Positions 27,208 to 35,841 of a DNA stretch of 64,000 nucleotides are shown here, in pieces (position 1 is the stretch's first letter; every line of letters starts with the position of its first letter). The position numbers were made by a program, and so were the translations under genes. Origin of the DNA: Thermodesulfobacteriota bacterium. GTDB lineage: Bacteria; Desulfobacterota_D; UBA1144; Nemesobacterales; Nemesobacteraceae. The stretch lies in NCBI GenBank assembly GCA_965202785.1, contig OZ241855.1, forward strand, positions 1,579,465 to 1,643,464, read 5' to 3'. A model generated the notes under the pieces. The model had not been told where the DNA came from and did no database searches. It was given only the letters and a program-made list of their open reading frames with translations.

Positions 27208-30027
27208 ATGCAGCAGAAAATAAACTACAAAGACACTCTTAACCTTCCCAGAACGAATTTCCCGATGAAGGCCAACCTGCAGCAGAAAGAACCTCTCATC
27301 CAGAAATCCTGGGAAAAGGAAGACCTCTTCGGAAAAATCCGCGAAAAAAGCCGTAACCGTGAAAAGTTCCTTTTCCACGACGGACCCCCTTACGCAAATG
27401 GCCCCATTCACCTGGGCCACCTGCTTAACAAGGTTCTAAAGGACCTGGTCGTACGGTCAAAGGTAATGGAAGGGTTTGACGTGGATTTCGTTCCCGGCTG
27501 GGATTGTCACGGTCTTCCGATAGAGCACAAGGTCTTAAAAGAACTGGGGGAGGACGCCTCCGCCATGACAGCGCTCTCAATCAGGCGCAGCTGCGGCAAA
27601 TATGCAGCGAAATACGTGAAAATGCAGTCAAAGCAGATGATTCGTCTCGGCACTCTGGCCAACTACAAAAAACCTTATCTGACGATGACCCCCGATTATG
27701 AAGCCGGAGTGTTAAAGGCCTTCTCGCAACTGCTTGAAAAAGGGCTTGTCTACAGGGACCTGAAACCTGTCCACTGGTCAATTGAAAACCGTACCGCCCT
27801 CGCCGAGGCGGAACTCGAATACCACGAAAGAGAGGACAAAAGCGTTTACGTGCTCTTTGAAATTGACGACCCGGCGGCGCTGCCCCCCTCCCTTAACGCG
27901 GAACAAGCCGAGAGGGTATGCCTTATCATATGGACCACAACGCCCTGGACCCTTCCGGCGAACCTCGCCGTCGCCGTCGCCCCGAAGGGGAAATACGGTC
28001 TTTACAGATCCCCTGAGGGTGAGAATCTGATTGTCGGCGAGGCGCTTTGCGAAGAAGTTTTCGAGAAATCAGGAAGAAAGGATTACGAAAAAGTCGGTTC
28101 CTGCCTTGGAGAGGAGCTGTCGCGACGGGGCGTATCATGCAGCCATCCGTTTATTGACAGAAAATCGGTTGTAGTAACGGCCGACTACGTGACTTTCTCA
28201 ACCGGCACCGGATGTGTCCACACGGCCCCCGGTCACGGCGATGAGGACTACAGAACCGGTCTTGAGGAGGGGCTTGATATCTACTGTCCGGTTAGAGGGG
28301 ACGGCACTTTTGACGATACGGTACCGGAGTGGCTGAGAGGAAAGGGGGCCTGGGAAAGCAATGAATTAATAACGCAGAGACTTGCCGAGAGCGGAAATCT
28401 TTTTCACTCGGAACCCTACGTCCACAGTTACCCGCATGACTGGCGAAGCAAGACGCCTACCATATTCAGAGCAACGGATCAGTGGTTCATACATATGGAC
28501 AAACCGTTTGGCGATGCCGGAAAGACCCTGAGAGAAATCGCCATTGACGCAGTCGGGGAAAACATTGATTTCTATCCCGACTGGGGAAGAAGCCGCCTCG
28601 GCGGAATGCTTGAGTCAAGGCCCGACTGGTGCATATCCAGGCAAAGATCATGGGGGCTTCCGCTTCCGTACTTCACGGACGGAGAGGGAAGGGCGGTTAT
28701 GACGGCGAAAATCGTTGTGGCCGTTGCCGAAAAAATAGGAGAGAAGGGTTCTGACGTCTGGTTTTTCTCCGAACCGCACCAGCTTCTTGATAGCTATGAT
28801 CCCCAAGACGACCCCGAAGCCCCGGATTGGCTTAAGTCAAAAGACGACTTAGAAGGCCTTTTAAAAGGCAATGACGTATTTGACGTGTGGCTTGAATCAG
28901 GCTCGTCCTGGAACTCGGTCCTCAACGCAAGAGATCTCGGGTACCCGGCGGATATGTACCTTGAGGGTTCGGACCAGCACAGGGGATGGTTCCAGTCCTC
29001 GCTCCTCGTGGCTCTGGGAGCAACCGGAGAACCCCCTTTCCGCGCCCTTTTTACCCATGGATTCATGGTGGACGCCCGGGGCAGGAAGATGAGCAAATCC
29101 GGCGGCAACGCGATCGAGGTTGAAGATATTCTCAGCAAATACGGGGCGGACATATGCAGATGGTGGGTAAGTTCGCTTAGCTACTCAAACGATATAAAGG
29201 TCGACTGGGAGTTTTTCGACATCGCCGCGGACGAGTACAGAAAAATAAGGAATACCGTACGGTTTCTGCTCGGGAACCTAAGTGATTTCGACCCGGAACA
29301 AGACAGTGTCGAATTCAACGAGGACGACAGGTATTCGATTGACCACTGGGCGTACTGCGAGTTCACCAGGTTCGCGAACGAAACCTTGGATGCCTATTCA
29401 GGCTTTAGCTACAAGCAGGCAAGCGATCTTATTTTCTCTTTTTGCTGCGACGAGATGAGCGCCGTTTACCTCGCGTGCATAAAAGACAGGCTTTACTGCG
29501 AAAAAAAAGACAGCAGGAAAAGAAGACGCGCCCAGACGGTCATGTACCAGGTAGCCGACGGAATCATAAAGTTTCTCGCCCCTATCCTGGTCCATACTTC
29601 TTTTGAAGCCTATAAATCCCTGAAAAAAGATGACGATGCCAACGTGCACCTCGAAACGTTTCCGCGCGTTGAGAAAGTTGAGGCCGACAAAACCTGGAAC
29701 GATGTTATGGATATAAGGAAACTATGCCTAAAAGCCCTTGAGGATGCGCGGGGGGAGGGCGGCATAAACAATCCCCTTGACGCTGCTCTTTCCGTGACGG
29801 TTAACAAAGACCTTTTTGACGAGATAAAGAAGTTCGAACCGGAGCTTGAAGACCTCTGCGGGGTAAGCAGATTCGAGGTTTTTGCGGGAGAAAAGATCCA
29901 TGTGGAACTTACTGATCTTTCCGAGGAACCCAGATGCGAGCGGTCCTGGAAGAGGGGAAGAACCGTAAAGAAAAGGTCAAACGGAAGATTCCTGAGCGAA
30001 AGGGATGCCTCAGCGCTCGGGCTTTAG
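27208..30027 (+). CDS. ileS: isoleucine--tRNA ligase
   Basis: YKDTLNLP, HLGH, GWDCHG, WTTTPWT, KMSKS; start moved to ATG 27208. Confidence 0.97.
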   Translation: MQQKINYKDTLNLPRTNFPMKANLQQKEPLIQKSWEKEDLFGKIREKSRNREKFLFHDGPPYANGPIHLGHLLNKVLKDLVVRSKVMEGFDVDFVPGWDCHGLPIEHKVLKELGEDASAMTALSIRRSCGKYAAKYVKMQSKQMIRLGTLANYKKPYLTMTPDYEAGVLKAFSQLLEKGLVYRDLKPVHWSIENRTALAEAELEYHEREDKSVYVLFEIDDPAALPPSLNAEQAERVCLIIWTTTPWTLPANLAVAVAPKGKYGLYRSPEGENLIVGEALCEEVFEKSGRKDYEKVGSCLGEELSRRGVSCSHPFIDRKSVVVTADYVTFSTGTGCVHTAPGHGDEDYRTGLEEGLDIYCPVRGDGTFDDTVPEWLRGKGAWESNELITQRLAESGNLFHSEPYVHSYPHDWRSKTPTIFRATDQWFIHMDKPFGDAGKTLREIAIDAVGENIDFYPDWGRSRLGGMLESRPDWCISRQRSWGLPLPYFTDGEGRAVMTAKIVVAVAEKIGEKGSDVWFFSEPHQLLDSYDPQDDPEAPDWLKSKDDLEGLLKGNDVFDVWLESGSSWNSVLNARDLGYPADMYLEGSDQHRGWFQSSLLVALGATGEPPFRALFTHGFMVDARGRKMSKSGGNAIEVEDILSKYGADICRWWVSSLSYSNDIKVDWEFFDIAADEYRKIRNTVRFLLGNLSDFDPEQDSVEFNEDDRYSIDHWAYCEFTRFANETLDAYSGFSYKQASDLIFSFCCDEMSAVYLACIKDRLYCEKKDSRKRRRAQTVMYQVADGIIKFLAPILVHTSFEAYKSLKKDDDANVHLETFPRVEKVEADKTWNDVMDIRKLCLKALEDARGEGGINNPLDAALSVTVNKDLFDEIKKFEPELEDLCGVSRFEVFAGEKIHVELTDLSEEPRCERSWKRGRTVKKRSNGRFLSERDASALGL

Positions 30028-30074
30028 TCCGTTTTTACGCGGCAATAAATCCGTAACAGCTTCAGCGGTGGAAA

Positions 30075-30416
30075 TTATCCGGGAGGCCAGGTGAGTTTCC
30101 TTCCGCCGAGAATATGTATGTGCAGGTGAAAAACGCTTTGTCCCGCGTCTTCGTTCGTGTTGACTACAAGCCTGTACCCGCCCTCGCTAAGGCCGAGCAT
30201 TGAAGCTATTTCCGAAGCCTTGACCATAAGGTGTCCCAGGACGGTCTGATCTCCGGTTTCAACGGTCGCCATTGAGACTATTTCCTTTTTCGGTATCAGA
30301 AGGACATGAACGGGAGCCTGGGGGTTTATATCTCTGAAAGCCAGACAGACATCGTCTTCGTATACTATGTCGGCTGGAATTTCTCGGTTTATTATCTGTG
30401 TGAAAATCGTGCTCAT
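30075..30416 (-). CDS. hinT: histidine triad nucleotide-binding protein (HinT-like)
   Basis: TIFTQII, DINPQAPVH, HLHIH. Confidence 0.92.
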   Translation of the reverse strand: MSTIFTQIINREIPADIVYEDDVCLAFRDINPQAPVHVLLIPKKEIVSMATVETGDQTVLGHLMVKASEIASMLGLSEGGYRLVVNTNEDAGQSVFHLHIHILGGRKLTWPPG

Positions 30417-30574
30417 GGCTGTGATTGTCCACAAACTTAGTTCTGATGTCAAAAACCCTTACTAAGTCTTCCGGCCTATTAGCGGAAACTATTTCACAGA
30501 ACAAAAGCTTATTTACGGGAAGACTGGCAACGGTTTGTAGAAATCCCGTGGGTTAAAGTTATCTTATATGGAGT

Positions 30575-31327
30575 ATGGCCCCGCCCGAAAGAAAACAGAA
30601 AATCCGTCTTTTCATAAGTTGCCTTGTAGATAATTTTTTTCCCCAAGTAGGAGAAGCGATGCTGAGAGTTCTCTCCGGCATGGGGCTTGAAGTTGAATTT
30701 CCGCAAGACCAGACATGCTGCGGACAGCCCGCTTTTAATTCTGGTCACAGGGAAGAAGCCGAGAGAGTTGCCTGTCACTTCCTCGATGTCTTTGGTGATG
30801 GGGACGAGGCAATCGTGTGTCCTTCGGGTTCATGCGTGTCCATGGTAAAAAATTACTACACGGAGCTTTTCCGTAATGACCCGGAGAAACTGTCTCGTAC
30901 GGAGAAAATCTCATCCAACGTCTATGAATTCTCCGAATTCGTTTTCCAGAGAAAAGAAACAATCAGTCTTGACTCCGCATACAGGGGCAGGGTCACGTTT
31001 CACGATTCCTGCCATGCGCTTCGGGAGCTCGGGATAAGCTCTCAGCCCCGGGAACTTATCAAATCCCTGAGCGGAGTTGATCTGATTGAAATGGAGATGG
31101 CTGATGCCTGCTGCGGTTTTGGAGGAACTTTTTCCATCAAGTACCCGGAAGTATCGAAATCCATGCTTCAGGAAAAAACGGATTCAATCGTGAATTCAGG
31201 CGCTGACGCCGTGGTTTCAACCGACATGGGGTGTCTTATGAACATAAAGGGGTTTGTATCCAGAAAGAAACTGCCCGTAAAAGTGCTTCATCTGGCCGAG
31301 CTTCTTGCTTTTGAGGGTTCTGAATGA
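30575..31327 (+). CDS. lutA: LutA/LldE CCG-domain Fe-S protein
   Basis: TCCGQP, PSGSC, HDSCH, CCGFGG. Confidence 0.92.
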   Translation: MAPPERKQKIRLFISCLVDNFFPQVGEAMLRVLSGMGLEVEFPQDQTCCGQPAFNSGHREEAERVACHFLDVFGDGDEAIVCPSGSCVSMVKNYYTELFRNDPEKLSRTEKISSNVYEFSEFVFQRKETISLDSAYRGRVTFHDSCHALRELGISSQPRELIKSLSGVDLIEMEMADACCGFGGTFSIKYPEVSKSMLQEKTDSIVNSGADAVVSTDMGCLMNIKGFVSRKKLPVKVLHLAELLAFEGSE

Positions 31328-32766
31328 TTACCGAACGCATAGACTTCAAGAAAAATTCCGTGGAAGCCCTCGGGAATCCCAAGCTGAAAAAGGCTCTTGT
31401 GAATTTCACCGACAGATCAAGAAGTTCCAGGAAAAAAGCGGTGAGCGAGGTTTCCGAGTGGGAAGAGCTCAGGTCCGAAGCCAGGCGAATAAAAGAAGAA
31501 GTAATCAAGAATCTGGACAGCTATCTTCTGGAACTTGAAGAAAGCGTTACCAGGGTAGGGGGCAAGGTGCACTGGGCAAAAGACGCCGAAGAAGCTTCCG
31601 CAATAGTGGTCGATATAGCCAGAGAAAACAACGTCAGAAACGTCGTGAAAAGCAAATCGATGGCCACAGAGGAGATAGAACTTAACAGACACCTTATATC
31701 GAACGGGATAAACACCGTGGAAACCGACCTCGGAGAATACATAGTGCAGCTCTGTGACGATCATCCTTTCCACATAATCACCCCCGCGATCCACAAGACC
31801 AAGGAAGATATTTCAAAGCTTTTCTCCGAGAAATTCGGAGTGCCTGAGTATGAAGAGCCGCAGAAACTTACCAACTTAGCAAGGAAAGAACTGAGAGAGA
31901 AATTTCTCTCGGCCGATATGGGTATTTCCGGGGTTAATTTCGCCGTAGCGGAGACAGGAACCATAGCAATAGTCGAAAACGAGGGTAACGCCAGGCTCGC
32001 GACCACATTCCCGGACATACATGTGGCTATCATGGGAATAGAGAAGATCGTCCCCAGGTTCGAGCAGCTTTCCATTTTCCTCAGCCTGCTGGCAAGAAGT
32101 GCTACGGGTCAGAAATCATCCACCTATGTTTCTCTCATAACGGGCCCCAAGAGGGAAGGGGAGAGTGACGGCCCCCGGCAGTTTCACCTGGTTTTTGTTG
32201 ATAACGGAAGAAGCGATATCGCGAAATCGGAGGAAACCAGGGAATCGCTTTACTGTATAAGATGCGGAGCCTGCATCAACATATGTCCGGTTTACAGGCA
32301 GGTTGGAGGGCATAGTTACGGATGGGTTTATTCGGGACCGATAGGGGCAATAATAACTCCGCAGCTAAACGATCCGCAAAAAACCGCGGATCTGCCGTTT
32401 GCGTCTTCTCTCTGCGGAGCCTGCAGGGACGTATGCCCTGTAAAGATCGATTTTCCCCATGTTCTTCTCTCTCTGAGGCAAAAAGTAGTGGAAGAAACCA
32501 AGGGAAGGGCGAATCTGCCGGGATTTATGGAGAAAATTGCCTTTCGGGTCTGGAGTTTCGTCTTCAGCAAGCCATTTTACTACAGTCTTACGGGAAGAAT
32601 GATGGTCTTCCTGCAGTATTTTTACCAAAAAGACAATGAATTAAGGGGACTTCCATATCCTTTTTCAAAGTGGACCAAAGAAAAGAACTTCCCTGCTTTC
32701 TCGAGAAAACCTTTCAGAAAGAGATGGAAAGAGAAATACCACGGCAAAAACGGAGTGCCAAGATGA
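31324..32766 (+). CDS. lutB: LutB/LldF iron-sulfur protein
   Basis: KSKSM, ETDLGEY, CIRCGAC..CP, SSLCGAC..CP. Confidence 0.94.
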   Translation: MITERIDFKKNSVEALGNPKLKKALVNFTDRSRSSRKKAVSEVSEWEELRSEARRIKEEVIKNLDSYLLELEESVTRVGGKVHWAKDAEEASAIVVDIARENNVRNVVKSKSMATEEIELNRHLISNGINTVETDLGEYIVQLCDDHPFHIITPAIHKTKEDISKLFSEKFGVPEYEEPQKLTNLARKELREKFLSADMGISGVNFAVAETGTIAIVENEGNARLATTFPDIHVAIMGIEKIVPRFEQLSIFLSLLARSATGQKSSTYVSLITGPKREGESDGPRQFHLVFVDNGRSDIAKSEETRESLYCIRCGACINICPVYRQVGGHSYGWVYSGPIGAIITPQLNDPQKTADLPFASSLCGACRDVCPVKIDFPHVLLSLRQKVVEETKGRANLPGFMEKIAFRVWSFVFSKPFYYSLTGRMMVFLQYFYQKDNELRGLPYPFSKWTKEKNFPAFSRKPFRKRWKEKYHGKNGVPR

Positions 32767-33389
32767 TTTCCAAGGAATCTAAGTCACTTATACTACAAAA
32801 CTTACGTTCTGTATCAACAATGGAGGAAGGCGGAAGAGAAACTACGGAGAATAGTTTTCTAAACCCTCAATTATCTATTGATCAAAGTAAGTTGCAAAAC
32901 GATTTTATAGTAAACTTTGAGATGGTATCCGGGGAAGTTCATCTTCTCAAAGAAAAAGGAAGTCTAATTGAGAAAATAAATGAACTTATCCAGGAAATTG
33001 GTGCCCAGTCGGTTTCCTTCTGGAATACAAACCCCTTGAGATCACTTGAGATTGCCTCGGAAACTGATCTCGCAACCGCAGATATAGGCATAACTGGAGC
33101 CGATTTCGCCATTGCTGACACCGGAACTTTGGTTTTGCTCTCCGGTCCGGAGCAGCCGAGACTTACTTCGCTTCTACCTCCCGTGCATATAGCGATACTT
33201 GAAAAGGAAAACATAGTTTTGAATATTCATGCTTTGTTTGCAAAGCTCGGGGAATCTTATAAAAAAAATTATGATGAATTGTGTACGTGTATTTCTTTTA
33301 TAACCGGGCCGAGCAGGACGGCTGATATAGAACTCAACCTTACACTGGGAGTTCATGGTCCAGGAAGAGCAATAGTTATAATTGTCTAA
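32763..33389 (+). CDS. lutC: LutC/LUD domain protein
   Basis: AIADTGT, SLLPPVH, ITGPSRTADIE, GVHGP. Confidence 0.92.
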   Translation: MISKESKSLILQNLRSVSTMEEGGRETTENSFLNPQLSIDQSKLQNDFIVNFEMVSGEVHLLKEKGSLIEKINELIQEIGAQSVSFWNTNPLRSLEIASETDLATADIGITGADFAIADTGTLVLLSGPEQPRLTSLLPPVHIAILEKENIVLNIHALFAKLGESYKKNYDELCTCISFITGPSRTADIELNLTLGVHGPGRAIVIIV

Positions 33390-33482
33390 AAACCAATAAG
33401 CTTTTACCTCTAACTACCTTTAATTACTCATAAATATGTCCTATATGATACTCCTTTTCGATTTTCCCGGCGAAAATATCCA

Positions 33483-33510
33483 ACGTCCGATAATGTATAT
33501 TATGTAAACT
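33483..33510 (+). other. dif: chromosomal XerCD dif site
   Basis: ACGTCCGATAA-TGTATA-TTATGTAAACT, the same 11-6-11 layout and central ATAATGTATATTATGT as E. coli dif; intergenic; KOPS converge on it. Confidence 0.88.
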
Positions 33511-33630
33511 TATATAAATCCATGAACAAATCCAGGAGAATCAGCGACAAGCGCCCTATTTCACCGCTGTTCTTGATTTTTTCTCATATGTCCGGATGAT
33601 TTTCTGGAAATATGGGAGATTTTATAAGCC

Positions 33631-33987
33631 ATGCCTATTTACGAGTATGAATGCAAAAAGTGTGAAAGTGTGTTTGAAATCCTTCAGGGCTTTAATGATA
33701 AGCCTGCCACTAAGTGTGAAGAGTGTGGAGGAAGACTTAAAAGAATCATCTCTGTTTCAGCTTTTCATCTGAAAGGCTCGGGCTGGTATGAAACCGACTA
33801 CGGGAAGAAGAAGATATCTGAGCTCAAGCAGCTAAAAGATCACGATGTCGGAGAAGGTGCCCCCGCCTCTTCTTCTCAGAGTCCCGTTCTTCCGACGGAA
33901 CAAGCCGCTGTTTCAGGTTCCAGCCAGACATATGACTCGATAAAGTCTGACACGAAAAAAGCAAAGTCAAAGCAGAAGAAAAAATAG
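33631..33987 (+). CDS. FmdB-family zinc-ribbon protein
   Basis: MPIYEYECKKC..CEECGG..FHLKGSGWY. Confidence 0.9.
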   Translation: MPIYEYECKKCESVFEILQGFNDKPATKCEECGGRLKRIISVSAFHLKGSGWYETDYGKKKISELKQLKDHDVGEGAPASSSQSPVLPTEQAAVSGSSQTYDSIKSDTKKAKSKQKKK

Positions 33988-33990
33988 CTT

Positions 33991-34782
33991 ATGGATCTCG
34001 GCATAAAGAGAAAGGTCGCCTTGGTGGCGGCGTCCAGCAAGGGAATCGGAAAAGCAACAGCTTTCGCTCTTGCGGATGAAGGAGTAAATCTCTCCATATT
34101 TTCCCGTTCAAAAGACGAAATAGAACGCACCGCTTCAGAAATAAGAACCAGTTTCGCAGTGGATGTTCTTGCTTCCGCGGCCGACGTAACGAGCAAAGAA
34201 CAGGTTGACCAAGTAATAGAAACCACGGTGCAGACGTTCGGTGGAATTGATATTCTGATAAACAACGCCGGAGGTCCCCCTTTCGGCTTCTTCGAAGATT
34301 TTGAATCACCCGACTGGCAAAGCGCCTTGGAACTCAACCTTCTAAGCGGTATTTATATGGCGAAGAAAGTAGTTCCTCTAATGAAGAAGAAAAACTGGGG
34401 AAGAATAGTGAACATAACCTCAATAGCCGTTAAGCAACCGATAGATGGACTGATACTTTCGAATACTTCCCGTGCCGGACTTATAGGTTTCTCGAAGACT
34501 CTTTCAAACGAACTCGCAGAGTACAATATCTTGGTAAACAACATCTGTCCCGGAAGGATCTATACTGACAGGATAAAGGCGCTCGCGGAAAAAAGGGCTG
34601 CGCAGTCGGGTATTGAATATGAAAAAGCCATAGAAGAGATGGAAAAGGACATTCCTCTAAAAAGAATAGGAACCCCTGAAGAACTGGCCGCCCTAGCCTG
34701 CTTTCTTGCTTCTGAGAAAGCAAGTTATATGACCGGGACAACTATCCAAGTTGATGGAGGGTTGTTGAGAGGGCTGTTTTAA
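33991..34782 (+). CDS. SDR oxidoreductase (FabG-like)
   Basis: ASSKGIG, NNAGGPP, ASYMTG..VDGG. Confidence 0.88.
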   Translation: MDLGIKRKVALVAASSKGIGKATAFALADEGVNLSIFSRSKDEIERTASEIRTSFAVDVLASAADVTSKEQVDQVIETTVQTFGGIDILINNAGGPPFGFFEDFESPDWQSALELNLLSGIYMAKKVVPLMKKKNWGRIVNITSIAVKQPIDGLILSNTSRAGLIGFSKTLSNELAEYNILVNNICPGRIYTDRIKALAEKRAAQSGIEYEKAIEEMEKDIPLKRIGTPEELAALACFLASEKASYMTGTTIQVDGGLLRGLF

Positions 34783-34852
34783 AAACTTGTAGGACTATAT
34801 CGTTTTTTAAGGTATAATGGCATTTTCATTATAAAAAAGGTTGGTCCTGATC

Positions 34853-35722
34853 ATGCCAGAAAGTTCTGAACAAGCAGTACTGCTTACCCATTCTCCCGAC
34901 CGCCCGGGTCTTCTCCGCGCAATAATCGACTTCATATCTAGGTATGGAGGTAACATACATGAAATGCAGCACTGCATGGACACAGACGACATGGTCACCT
35001 TTGTCCGTGTAAAGTGGGCAATGGAGAAATTTTCCATTCGCAAAGAGGAATTCTCCGAACGATTCCAAGAGGAAGTAGCTTCAGAATTCGATATAAAATT
35101 CGACATATTTTTCACCGGGAAAGTGCTGCGCATGGCGGTTTTCGTCTCAAAACTCCCACATTGTCTCTCCGATATCATATACAGGTTAAGGGTCAGGGAG
35201 TGGAATGTGGAAGTTCCCGTCATTATGAGCAATCATCTTAATCTCAAGCCCGTTGCTGACCGCTACGGCATGGATTTCTATGTGTTCAACGACGTGGAAA
35301 ACAACAAAGAGGAAGTGGAAGCCAGTCAGCTTGCGCTTCTCGCTGACTATAACGTGGATTTCATAGTGCTTGCCAGGTACATGCAGATACTTAGCGAGGA
35401 TTTTGTCTCACACTACAAAAACAGGATAATCAACATTCACCATTCCTTCCTTCCCGCCTTCCCCGGAGCGCGTCCCTACCACAACGCCTACAAAAGAGGT
35501 GTCAAGATCGTTGGAGCAACGAGCCATTACGTAACCGAGGATCTGGATTCAGGACCCATAATAGAGCAGGATGTAATACGGGTAAACTACAACGATTCCA
35601 TAGACGACCTGGTGAGAAAGGGAGAGGATCTGGAGAAACAGGTTCTCTCACAGGCAATCTGGTCTCACATCAACAGGGAAATTCTGATATACAAAAACAG
35701 AACAATAATGTTCAATAAATGA
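34853..35722 (+). CDS. purU: formyltetrahydrofolate deformylase
   Basis: N-terminal ACT domain, LARYMQIL, NIHHSFLP, DLDSGPII. Confidence 0.95.
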   Translation: MPESSEQAVLLTHSPDRPGLLRAIIDFISRYGGNIHEMQHCMDTDDMVTFVRVKWAMEKFSIRKEEFSERFQEEVASEFDIKFDIFFTGKVLRMAVFVSKLPHCLSDIIYRLRVREWNVEVPVIMSNHLNLKPVADRYGMDFYVFNDVENNKEEVEASQLALLADYNVDFIVLARYMQILSEDFVSHYKNRIINIHHSFLPAFPGARPYHNAYKRGVKIVGATSHYVTEDLDSGPIIEQDVIRVNYNDSIDDLVRKGEDLEKQVLSQAIWSHINREILIYKNRTIMFNK

Positions 35723-35841
35723 CTCAGGAAGCTTCTTGGAGTTTTTGAGCTTTTAAGCAGAAGTTCCTCGGCACTTCAAGGAAGCAGGAAGTTCGAAAAG
35801 ACGAATTCCACTGAGTTGTTTCTCTGTTACCTGCTTTCCGC

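Noticed and set aside
30425-30433. DnaA box or origin (TTGTCCACA)
   Set aside because: A single one-mismatch box with no cluster, in a region that looks like the terminus
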